This document shows, in pieces, positions 1-7,538 of a DNA stretch of 24,000 bases. The notes beneath the pieces were generated by a model that saw only the letters and a list, made by a program, of their open reading frames with translations, did not search any database and was not told the DNA's origin. Numbering within the stretch: the stretch's first letter is position 1; each line of letters starts with the position of its first letter. The stretch comes from Pyrinomonadaceae bacterium (GTDB taxonomy: Bacteria > Acidobacteriota > Blastocatellia > Pyrinomonadales > Pyrinomonadaceae): contig JAWKHN010000007.1 of NCBI GenBank assembly GCA_041394795.1, forward strand, positions 184,254-208,253, read 5' to 3'. A program made the translations under genes and the position numbers.

Positions 1-1357
1 TCGACGCAGAATCGCGGAATTTCTCCGAATCGATAATGTCTCGCAGGAAGATCGTCTCGCGATCCTTGTTCGGCACCTCGATACCGACATACGCCTTGCC
101 GGGAATCCTCTCGATTCTGATCGACTCGGCACGAAGCGCGAGGCATAGATCGTCAACAAGCCCCGTTACACGCGAATACTTCACGCCGGGATCGGGCTTG
201 AATTCATAAGTCGTTACAACCGGGCCGAGACCGATGTTTTTTACTTGCCCGGTTACATTGAACTCGCGGGTTTTCTCGGTCAGTTCCTTTGCGATTTCAA
301 GAAGTTCGTCTTCCTTCTGTTCGATCTTCTTTGAGGGCTTTGTCAAGAACTCTATCGACGGCAATTGATACTTGTCGTAGTTGACGGGCGGGGGCGGGGC
401 CGGTTCCTCAAAATCTTCGATGATTCCAGGAGATTTGAGATCACCCGTATGCTTTTCGGGACTGATCGGAATCGCCGGCAATTCGGTCTGCGTCTTCGAA
501 CTTCCGAGTCCGGCACCTGCCGCAACCGCTTTTCCAAGACCGATATCAACGGGAATAACCTTCTGCGGCGCCTCGTCTTTCGGCGCCTCTCCGGTGATGA
601 TCTTCGGAGGTTCCGCGGGTGCAAGTTCCTCATCGGGTTCGATTTCCTTGCCAGTTGAAGTCTTTGCGGCCGTCGAGCGAGCTTCGGCGGTCGATTTCAC
701 TTCTTTTCCGCCAACTACGATCTTCGGTGTTTTGCCCGTACCGTTTCCAACCACGAGTTCCTTTTCATGCTCGGCCTTCATCTCCTTGTATTTAGAAGAC
801 CATTCACCCGAACGCACACGGAAATTCGCCCATCCCATCGAAAGGCTTTCAAGGAAAGACTTGTACGATAGATTTGTCAAAAGCACGAGCGATGTTAGGA
901 ACAACGCCGCAAAAAGAATCCCGGCACCGACGTAATTCAAAAACGAAGCGAAAACTTCGGAGAAAAAAGCTCCGGTCAAACCGCCGTAAAACCCAAAAAT
1001 CGCAAGCAGCGACGACCCGCTCAACACAAAAAGCAACGTTCCAAGGATTCTGACCGGCGGGGTGTAGAGCGTTTTGGAAAGCAGGAATCTCAAACCGACC
1101 ACAAACATGATCACCGGAAAACTGTACGCAAGAACACCGAAACCCTGGAAGAGGAGATCGGCGGCAATCGATCCAACGACTCCGATCCAGTTGCTCGCGG
1201 ATTTTGTGCTCGCGGTGCTAAGCGATGGATCCATCGGATCCGAAGTTACGAGGCACAGCAGCGTCAAAACTCCGAGCGCGAAAAAGATGATCGCGGTGAT
1301 TTCGTTTGAATGCGATCTTCCAGATGTGTTTTTGGGTTTAGTAGTTCGGGTTGCCAT
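1..1357 (-). CDS. ftsK: DNA translocase FtsK/SpoIIIE, N-terminal ~452 aa. The gene continues past the left window edge.
   Basis: The ATG is at 1357 (reverse complement of cat at 1355-1357). Translation begins MATRTTKPKNTSGRSHSNEITAIIFFALGVLTLLCLVTSDPMDPSLS...NWIGVVGSIAADLLFQGFGVLAYSFPVIMFVVGLRFL, which is the typical FtsK 4-TM N-domain. At the left edge the same frame reads ...RIERIPGKAYVGIEVPNKDRETIFLRDIIDSEKF, the start of the FtsK motor domain. The frame is open to the window edge, which explains its absence from the ORF track. The plus-strand ORFs at 365-935 and 1074-1400 are antisense artefacts. Confidence 0.9.
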   Translation of the reverse strand, partial: MATRTTKPKNTSGRSHSNEITAIIFFALGVLTLLCLVTSDPMDPSLSTASTKSASNWIGVVGSIAADLLFQGFGVLAYSFPVIMFVVGLRFLLSKTLYTPPVRILGTLLFVLSGSSLLAIFGFYGGLTGAFFSEVFASFLNYVGAGILFAALFLTSLVLLTNLSYKSFLESLSMGWANFRVRSGEWSSKYKEMKAEHEKELVVGNGTGKTPKIVVGGKEVKSTAEARSTAAKTSTGKEIEPDEELAPAEPPKIITGEAPKDEAPQKVIPVDIGLGKAVAAGAGLGSSKTQTELPAIPISPEKHTGDLKSPGIIEDFEEPAPPPPVNYDKYQLPSIEFLTKPSKKIEQKEDELLEIAKELTEKTREFNVTGQVKNIGLGPVVTTYEFKPDPGVKYSRVTGLVDDLCLALRAESIRIERIPGKAYVGIEVPNKDRETIFLRDIIDSEKFRDSAS

Positions 1358-1506
1358 GGACAAGGGTTTGGAGGCTAAAAAACACCGATATGATACATGA
1401 AAGTGGCTAAAAATCGAAGGAATTTAACGGAATTCGCGAACCCCGGCGGTTTGAACTGTTTTGATTCTGCCGGCAAAAAAACGGTGATCGAACCCCTCTT
1501 TCCTTT

Positions 1507-2605
1507 CTAGGCCCCTTTCCTAAAGACAAGAAATTCCTTAATAAACGCATCAATGTCACCATTTAATACGCCATCGACATCGGATTGTTCGAGCTTCGTC
1601 CTCGTATCCTTAACCAACCGATATGGATGAAGGACGTAATTTCTGATTTGCGAACCAAACGAAATGTCCTGTTTGTTTTCTTCCAACTCATTGGCTTCGG
1701 CGCGTCTTTTTTCGAGTTCCAGCTCATAGAGCCGCGATCTTAAGACCTGCATCGCGACCTGTCTGTTTTGAATCTGCGACCTTTGATTCTGGCATGTAAC
1801 GACGATTCCCGACGGTAGATGGGTGATGCGAACCGCCGAATCGGTGGTGTTTACATGCTGTCCGCCGGCACCCGTTGAACGATAGGTATCGATCCGGAGA
1901 TCCTTTTCGTTGATCTCGACCTCTATGTCGTCATCAATCTCCGGCGAAACAAAAAATGAAGCGAACGACGTCTCGCGGCTTCCACCGGAATTGAAGGGCG
2001 AAATCCGAACCAGCCGATGCACGCCGGCCTCCGCGGCCAGATATCCGTAGGCATTTTCTCCTTCCACTCTGAAAGTCGCGGATTTTACTCCCGCTTCGCT
2101 TCCTGTTTGTTCATCGAGAATCTCAACCTTGAAACCCTTTCTGTCGGCCCAGCGAATATACATCCGCATAAGCATTTCCGCCCAATCCTGCGCGTCGGTG
2201 CCGCCGGCGCCGGCTTGAATCGAACAAATCGCGTTGTTCGAATCGTTTTCACCCGATAGCAATGCGGCGGTTTCGGCTTCTTCGACATCACCGTTCAAAT
2301 TCGAGAGAAGTTCTTCGAGCTCCTGCGCCGAATCGTTGTCGTCGGGCGCGAACTCAAAAAGAACTTCTGCGTCGGAAAGCGCTGTCTCAAACCTCGTTTG
2401 CTGATCGAGGGATTTTTCGATTCTGCTTCTTTTTTGTACTACCTTTTGGGCGGACTTCTGATCGTTCCAAAATTCGGGTTGGCTGATTTCCTTTTCTAGT
2501 TCGGCCAGCTCGCTCTCACGTGCCGGAACGTCAAAGAAACCTCCCGAGCTGCGAGACCTTATCCTGCAGCAACTGATATTGGTTTTGTAATTCGGCTAGT
2601 TCCAT
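1507..2605 (-). CDS. prfB: Peptide chain release factor 2, 365 aa, made by a programmed +1 ribosomal frameshift. Frame 0 spans 2605..2534 and the +1 frame spans 2532..1507.
   Basis: The 263-aa ORF carries SPFNSGGSRETSFASFFVSPE and the GGQ motif (STGAGGQHVNTTDSAVRITHLPSG). Upstream, ATG at 2605 encodes MELAELQNQYQLLQDKVSQLGRFL (24 codons) followed by an in-frame TGA at 2533-2531. The +1 frame starting at GAC (2532-2530) reads DVPARESELAELEKEISQPEFWNDQKSAQK... and runs directly into the 263-aa ORF. 2532-1507+1 = 1026 nt, so it is in frame. Confidence 0.93.
2530..2545 (-). promoter_or_regulatory. RF2 autoregulatory +1 frameshift site: SD-like GGGAGG, 3-nt spacer, then CTT TGA C.
   Basis: The minus strand reads GGGAGG TTT CTT TGA C (reverse complement of 2545..2530). 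This matches the canonical E. coli-type prfB slippery site (CUU UGA C) with an internal Shine-Dalgarno-like stimulator. Confidence 0.9.
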
Positions 2606-2675
2606 TGTTGAGTGTGCTAACTCCTCACCGCACTTCGTTTGTGAGAACAAGCGCGGATTAGATATTCAAAGCATT

Positions 2676-4328
2676 CTACAGGATAACAGGCTTGACCGCC
2701 TCATCGCCAAGCGGAGGTTTTGGGAATCTGCGCAAAAGGAACGGGAGCGATAGGACGGTCAACACGAGCGAGAACCAAGCGATCCACTCCCCGAATCTTA
2801 CAAACGGAGTGATTTCGCCCGTAGATTTTCGCACCGGCCAAACTCGAACCGCCTCGCTATAGCTTTTGGCGGTATCCGAAACAGCGCCAAATTCATCGAT
2901 ATAGCCGGTGATTCCGACATTCGTGACCCTCAGCAAGGGACGTCTGGTTTCCGCCGCCCGAAAAGCCGCGCTCGCGAGATGCTGACGCAGAACCGGCGTC
3001 GGGCCGAGATAGCCATCGTTTGTCATCTCAACCAGCAAATCCGCACCGTTTTTTACGAACTCCCTTGAAAGCGAAGCAAAATGTGATTCAAAACAAATCA
3101 TGATGCCCGCCTTCGCGTTTCCAAAAGGAAGCAGATCGTATTCTTCCCCAAACGAAAACCTGCCGACCATCGGCGGGATCAATTCCTGCGCGAATTCGGG
3201 CAGAGGAACGAATTCCCCAAAAGGCAGTAGATGAATCTTGTCATACTGCGCGAGTTTCTTGCCTCCCTTTGAAACCAATACGGCGGAGTTGAAATACCCG
3301 TATTCGCGTCTTCTATCGGGCTCGGCGGAATTAAACAATACCGATACGTCGTTGTTCCGTGCAAAATCGTTGATGAACGTTTGGAACTGTAGATCTTCTT
3401 CGTATTGAAAATTCATCGGAGATTCGGGAAAGACAAGCGTGACGGGTTTATCCACCGGAAACTTTCCCGAGGCGCGGGCATCCCGTATCGCCTTTTTCCC
3501 GATCTCGGCCTGCCTTGCTCGGAGCTCCCCCCATTTTCTCATGTTGAGACCGCTCATGGGGATGTTTGGCTGAAGCGCTACAACCACCGATTCGGTGTCA
3601 TGAAAATTCTTGAATTCTTCCGTATTTCCGCCAGGGCCGAGCATGAAAGCGATTCCGGATATCGCCGCAATCGGAAAAAATCCAAGCGCGGCGAATGCGA
3701 TCGAAGGTGCGGATTCAGACTTGCGTTTAAGGAACGCGGCAATCGGCCAAGCCAGGCCGGCATTGACGGTCATAACCAGAAAACTGACAAAATTAACCCC
3801 GCCCAATGCCCCAAGTCGTACCAACGGGCCGAAAGCCTGCGAGTATCCGACCGTATTCCAGCTATTGCCGGTTAAATTCAAACGCAGAAACTCAAGCGCT
3901 ACCCAAATAAACGGCAAAAACCAAACCGCCGTTATGCCGTATCTGCGCACCGCCAAACCAAACAAAGCGACGGCAAAACCAAAGAATATCGACACGACGG
4001 ACGTCGCGATCAGCAATAGAAAATACGTCAGGATCACCGGAAACCCGGCGTAAGTGATCGGCGCGAATGTTAGCCACCAAACCGATAGGCTAAAGAAACA
4101 AACCCCAAACAACCAACCGGCTAGAAAAGAACGGACGAACGAAAACGGTTCATCCAAAATCGCCAGAATCAGCGGAATGAATGCGACAAACGCCAGCACC
4201 GAAATCTCCCATCCGGGAAATGCCGCAGCCAGCAACAACCCGCTAAGCAGCGAACAGCCGGCGAGCCGCCAGCCGGGTAATGAGCCCCGAATCGTTTTCC
4301 AGCACTTTGAAACAAATCCCACTTCCAT
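2676..4328 (-). CDS. lnt: Apolipoprotein N-acyltransferase: polytopic N-terminal membrane domain plus a C-terminal CN-hydrolase domain.
   Basis: This is a 550-aa ORF. About 7 hydrophobic helices occur in the first ~230 aa. A nitrilase/CN-hydrolase-like domain follows (VVALQPNIP..., LVFPESP, HLLPFGEFVP, AGIMICFESHF, TNDGYLG), then a final TM helix (WIAWFSLVLTVLSLPFLL). Confidence 0.85.
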   Translation of the reverse strand: MEVGFVSKCWKTIRGSLPGWRLAGCSLLSGLLLAAAFPGWEISVLAFVAFIPLILAILDEPFSFVRSFLAGWLFGVCFFSLSVWWLTFAPITYAGFPVILTYFLLLIATSVVSIFFGFAVALFGLAVRRYGITAVWFLPFIWVALEFLRLNLTGNSWNTVGYSQAFGPLVRLGALGGVNFVSFLVMTVNAGLAWPIAAFLKRKSESAPSIAFAALGFFPIAAISGIAFMLGPGGNTEEFKNFHDTESVVVALQPNIPMSGLNMRKWGELRARQAEIGKKAIRDARASGKFPVDKPVTLVFPESPMNFQYEEDLQFQTFINDFARNNDVSVLFNSAEPDRRREYGYFNSAVLVSKGGKKLAQYDKIHLLPFGEFVPLPEFAQELIPPMVGRFSFGEEYDLLPFGNAKAGIMICFESHFASLSREFVKNGADLLVEMTNDGYLGPTPVLRQHLASAAFRAAETRRPLLRVTNVGITGYIDEFGAVSDTAKSYSEAVRVWPVRKSTGEITPFVRFGEWIAWFSLVLTVLSLPFLLRRFPKPPLGDEAVKPVIL

Positions 4329-4821
4329 TTCTCCAGTTTTGCTATTCTACTATGGAGACACGGAAAATCACGTCGCCTGAGATCCTTGGGCGCAAATGAT
4401 CACGCAACTCTTTGACAAATTGAACGATTCGGTCAGATTGACCGCAGCGATGTTTTTGAAAGACGTGTTTGTTGTCACAAAGACAAATTTTGTCACCCCC
4501 CTGCTAACGATTTTTGTCAGAAACCTCTTTGCGCGACCCGTATGGCGGTCAAACTGAATGCAGCGCCTGATTACGCGATCTACGGTTCGTTTCATGCTGA
4601 CCGTTTTCGTGTCAACCAGACCGAATAACGCGCGATACGCGTGAAGCCTTTGTTTTATGGGGTTTAAAAGAGGGAGAGCCCGGTCTGTCTGACCAGGCTC
4701 ACATTCGGAAGGACAACTGAAGGAACGCTCGGAAGGTGGTCGAACGCAGTGGCAAACCACGCTCGGTGTAGGTTGGCGGCGGGGTCTTGATTAACTTCAT
4801 CAAGCTAGCCGTGATTCTCTA

Positions 4822-4839
4822 ATGCATCTCACGTGCCAA
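4822..4839 (-). promoter_or_regulatory. Candidate sigma-54 (RpoN) -24/-12 promoter firing leftward, toward lnt.
   Basis: The minus strand reads TTGGCACGTGAGATGCAT (reverse complement of 4839..4822). Against the consensus YTGGCACG-N4-TTGCW, the GG-to-GC register is exact (12 nt). The only core mismatch is A for the first T of TTGC. An IHF-consensus-like AATCAATAGATTG (WATCAANNNNTTR, reverse complement of 4877-4889) lies ~40-50 bp upstream. Confidence 0.4.
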
Positions 4840-4910
4840 AAACCGCCAAATTCACGAGGAATCAAAGAAATTTTTTCAATCTATTGATTTTATTGGGTTT
4901 ATTGTGACGA

Positions 4911-4943
4911 TAAAAAATGCCGTCGACCTCTGGCCGACGGCAT
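4911..4943 (-). terminator. Rho-independent terminator downstream of the TPR protein gene.
   Basis: A 9-bp stem atgccgtcg (4917-4925) pairs with cgacggcat (4935-4943) around a 9-nt loop. On the minus strand a T6 run follows (reverse complement of aaaaaa at 4912-4917). It lies 40 nt after the stop at 4984. Confidence 0.7.
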
Positions 4944-4983
4944 TGCTTCTCTTTTGGTCTATACCGAACTCCCTCGGCTTACA

Positions 4984-6729
4984 CTATTTGGGACATCTTT
5001 CGACTTGCCTGTCCAACCCAATCGCGTTCGCATCCTCGGAATTGATCGCCAACGCCGATCTCGCGTAGGTCTGCGCCTGCTGGCAATCACCCTTTCCGAG
5101 ATAGATTCGACCGAGGATTACATGCGCCTCGATCAGTTGGTTGTTCCAAAACAGCGCCGTCTTCAATGTCGATACCGCTTGCTCGATATCACCCCTTCGG
5201 AAGTGAATCTTCCCAAGAAGCAAATAGCTTTCGGCACTCATCGGTTCCTGAACCAGGATTCTGCGAAGTACCGTCATCGCCTCGTCGTCCTTTCCAAGTC
5301 TGTAAAGCTCGGATGCGTTTCGGAGCAACGTCTCGGTTTCGTTTTCCGGAGCCTTTACGTGTGCCTCTGCCCTGTTTCTGATAAGTAATACGCTTACAAA
5401 CTCGCGGCGTGTCGGCTGATCGACGCGAAGCGCGATGTCTTCCAGTGAATTCTTTTTCCAGGAAGTTTCAAGGTTTGCGTATCTGTTGTCGGCTGTTAGA
5501 AAACGCCGCGCCTGATTATCGAAATCGACCGCGGATTCATCGCCCAGCTTTTCAAGACATTTGGCGAGCAGAAAATGAGCCTCACCATCACGTGGATTCG
5601 AGGCCAGCACCGGTCTAAAGGCTACCGCGGCCTCCTTGAAATTGTCGTTAAGCATCAACGCAAAACCATAGTTGAAACTTGCAACCGAACTTCCCTGTTC
5701 GGCTTCGGATGCCTTTCGCAAAAACTCCATCCCATCGATCAGGAACTTCGCGGCCTTCTTGTCGTCCTTCTTTGTGTTTCTTGATGCCTCGACCGCGATC
5801 GCGCCAACGGTGTTTGAAACACTCGTCATTTTTAACTCGTCAGCCAAAGGTCCAAGCACCGCCAACGCCTGTTCGTAATCTTTTTGCTTCCAGTAGATGA
5901 CGCCTGAATAGAAAGCTCCCTCGGCGTAATGCGGATCATCGGCCGGAATCTGCGCGAAATATGCGAGTGCTTCGCTGTTGCTTCCGCGATTGTAGTTGTA
6001 GTGCCCGAGTTCGAGCGCCGCGTCGCCAAAGACTTCGCCGTTTCTTTCATCGGCGTAAATCCTAAGTGCGTTTTTGAAGTAGTTTTCGCGCGCTTCGTCG
6101 GTCGAACTCGTAAGGAGGCCTTTGATATAAGCTTCAAACGCCCGGGCGGGAACCTTGTTGGCGGCTTCGATAAATTGGTTTTGGGAAAACGGCAATGCCT
6201 TGTCCCTTTGGTAAAGGATTTGATATGCCAATTGACCCTGAATTGTTTGAAGATTCCCAAGCGCGTCGTAGAGATCGATCTCCCGCGTTTTTCGCGAGCC
6301 GTCGGAAAACTCCTCGCTCAAAAACCTTCCCTCATTTACCCTAATAAGCTTTGCATTGATCGTGATCTTAGCAGCGACATCCTCGCCCGCCGGGATTATG
6401 TTGTATTTTCCAGCAACCAGAAGCGTGGCTCCCGCTTCCCGCGCGATTTTTATTGAGGTGGCAAGCGACGGCAAAACGCTCAAAGGTATCCGCATTCGCT
6501 GCTGCGTAATCTTGCGTTCTTCATTTGAGATCACGGTTAGCCCCGGAACCTTCATCAGATCGGTCAACGCGTTCGCAACGCTCTCGCCAACCCAGTTGAA
6601 CTCGTTCTTGGTGCTTGAGTTTTCAAACGGAAGGATCATCACCGTGTCCGAAACTTTTGAATCGGTGGTTTGCGCCGAAACGACTAAACAAGATGACAGC
6701 AAGATCAGGAGAGCCAAATACTTCTTCAT
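4984..6729 (-). CDS. Secreted protein with a TolB-N-like N-terminal domain and multiple TPR repeats (581 aa).
   Basis: I place the start at ATG 6729 (MKKYLALLILLSSCLVVSAQ, a clear signal peptide). The 67 extra codons in the ORF track run up to within a few nt of the tRNA-Glu gene and its terminator, so I treat them as spurious. The N-terminal segment VMILPFENSSTKNEFNWVGESVANALTDLMKVPGLTVISNEE resembles the TolB-N/FlgO-like module often fused to TPR arrays. The C-terminal two-thirds has repeated A/Y/G-patterned 34-aa TPR-like units, for example AESYLLLGKIHFRRGDIEQAVSTLKTALFWNNQLIEAHVILGRIYLGKGDCQQA. Confidence 0.8.
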   Translation of the reverse strand: MKKYLALLILLSSCLVVSAQTTDSKVSDTVMILPFENSSTKNEFNWVGESVANALTDLMKVPGLTVISNEERKITQQRMRIPLSVLPSLATSIKIAREAGATLLVAGKYNIIPAGEDVAAKITINAKLIRVNEGRFLSEEFSDGSRKTREIDLYDALGNLQTIQGQLAYQILYQRDKALPFSQNQFIEAANKVPARAFEAYIKGLLTSSTDEARENYFKNALRIYADERNGEVFGDAALELGHYNYNRGSNSEALAYFAQIPADDPHYAEGAFYSGVIYWKQKDYEQALAVLGPLADELKMTSVSNTVGAIAVEASRNTKKDDKKAAKFLIDGMEFLRKASEAEQGSSVASFNYGFALMLNDNFKEAAVAFRPVLASNPRDGEAHFLLAKCLEKLGDESAVDFDNQARRFLTADNRYANLETSWKKNSLEDIALRVDQPTRREFVSVLLIRNRAEAHVKAPENETETLLRNASELYRLGKDDEAMTVLRRILVQEPMSAESYLLLGKIHFRRGDIEQAVSTLKTALFWNNQLIEAHVILGRIYLGKGDCQQAQTYARSALAINSEDANAIGLDRQVERCPK

Positions 6730-6876
6730 AACAAAAATTAAACGGCAAAATCGTTGTTTGGATCCACAAAAACGACGAGGTTCATGCGCGGCTTCGCGAC
6801 GAATCGAACAGTACCGCCCAAAGTTCATTTGGATGTAACCCGCTCTAAACGGGTTACCCGCAAAAACAGCTGATTT

Positions 6877-6909
6877 AAAATACAAAATCCGCTCGAAAAC
6901 CAAGCGGAT
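6877..6909 (-). terminator. Rho-independent terminator following tRNA-Glu.
   Basis: On the minus strand, stem ATCCGCT/AGCGGAT (6903-6909 pairs with 6887-6893) encloses a 9-nt loop. TTTGTATTTT follows immediately (reverse complement of 6877-6886). It sits 29 nt downstream of the tRNA 3' end. Confidence 0.6.
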
Positions 6910-6937
6910 ATCATAACACTGCGGAAACAATATGTAA

Positions 6938-7012
6938 TGGCGACCCGTACGGGACTCGAACCCGTGTTGCCGCCGTGAAAGGGCGGTGTCCTAACCACTA
7001 GACGAACGGGTC
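6938..7012 (-). tRNA. tRNA-Glu, anticodon UUC, with CCA encoded.
   Basis: The reverse complement is GACCCGUUCGUCUAGUGGUUAGGACACCGCCCUUUCACGGCGGCAACACGGGUUCGAGUCCCGUACGGGUCGCCA. The acceptor stem is GACCCGU/ACGGGUC. The anticodon stem is CCGCC/GGCGG with loop CUUUCAC. The T-arm is ACGGG-UUCGAGU-CCCGU. The sequence is collinear with E. coli tRNA-Glu (UCGUCUAG...GGACACCGCCCUUUCACGGCGG). Confidence 0.93.
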
Positions 7013-7078
7013 GCACTAAACTGTCATCACTGACAAAACTTACTTTTCAAATTCGTTTCCCTCAGAAAACGAACCGTT

Positions 7079-7107
7079 AGAATAGCGCAACGCACCAAGG
7101 CTGTCAA
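7079..7107 (-). promoter_or_regulatory. Candidate sigma-70 promoter for tRNA-Glu.
   Basis: The minus strand reads TTGACA (reverse complement of 7102-7107), a 17-nt spacer, then TATTCT (reverse complement of 7079-7084). It lies ~60 nt upstream of the mature tRNA 5' end, which implies an RNase P-processed leader. Confidence 0.4.
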
Positions 7108-7538
7108 TCCCAGATCAACAACATTTCAGACCGTATTTGGCGTTAAAAAAACGGCTCGCACAACCGCCGATTTTGGCGTTTCGACGGAGCGATCGGAGGG
7201 GAGACTTTGCCTCGCAGTGTGAGCAAGCGGGCCGTCTATGGCGACGATTCCACGCCAGGTCCTTTGAATCCCCCGAAACCTTGCTCAGCGATTGATTTTT
7301 GGCACCTTTGGGTAGTCTCGCGCGTCTGAGATGTACATTTCAAAAGACTCAAACCCAAACGGTTCTTGTTCGGATTCGGTTTCTTCTCTATTATTCAGAG
7401 ATACCAAATCAGGCTGCTGAAACGTCTAGGCGTACGGACGTTTGTCCATGCTTGGAGACCAAGCAACGAGTTTTCCAGTCTCCAAAATCGGATTGGCAGC
7501 ATCCATCGCAAAAGCCAAGAGATCATCTGGATCAGAAC

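Noticed and set aside
352-1400. Several ORF-track ORFs: 352-633 (minus), 365-658 (plus), 381-935 (plus) and 1074-1400 (plus).
   Set aside because: All lie inside or antisense to the ftsK reading frame, which has clear FtsK homology. Their translations are low-complexity (Arg-rich or Gly/Ser-rich) mirror products of the FtsK linker.
4368-4760. 130-aa minus-strand ORF in the lnt-upstream spacer.
   Set aside because: It has a GTG start without an SD, an odd Cys/Arg-rich composition and no recognisable motif. I treat the region as non-coding, but a homology search should confirm this.
4675-4770. Resemblance of plus-strand ACCAGGCUCACAUUCGGAAGGACAACUGAAGG to the bacterial SRP (4.5S) RNA helix-8 region (ACCAGGUCAGGUCCGGAAGGAAGCAGCCAAGG). 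It also contains multiple GGA motifs reminiscent of CsrB-type sponges.
   Set aside because: The near-universally conserved AGCA of the helix-8 symmetric loop is absent (CAAC instead), and no closing 5'/3' helix is evident. The GGA clustering is too short to call. A cmscan would settle it.
6730-6930. 67-codon N-terminal extension of the TPR protein ORF in the ORF track.
   Set aside because: The extension crosses the tRNA-Glu terminator region and reaches to within a few nt of the tRNA gene. The internal ATG at 6729 gives a textbook signal peptide.
7299-7538. 80-codon N-terminal extension of polA, and the 525-bp tRNA-polA spacer as a possible ncRNA locus.
   Set aside because: The extension has no PolI homology, and the PolI 5'-nuclease domain begins at M(7539)SNLKRVFLID. 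The spacer has a few 7-bp hairpins (aaacgtc/gacgttt, tggagac/gtctcca), but I cannot assign it any promoter/terminator pair or known RNA signature.
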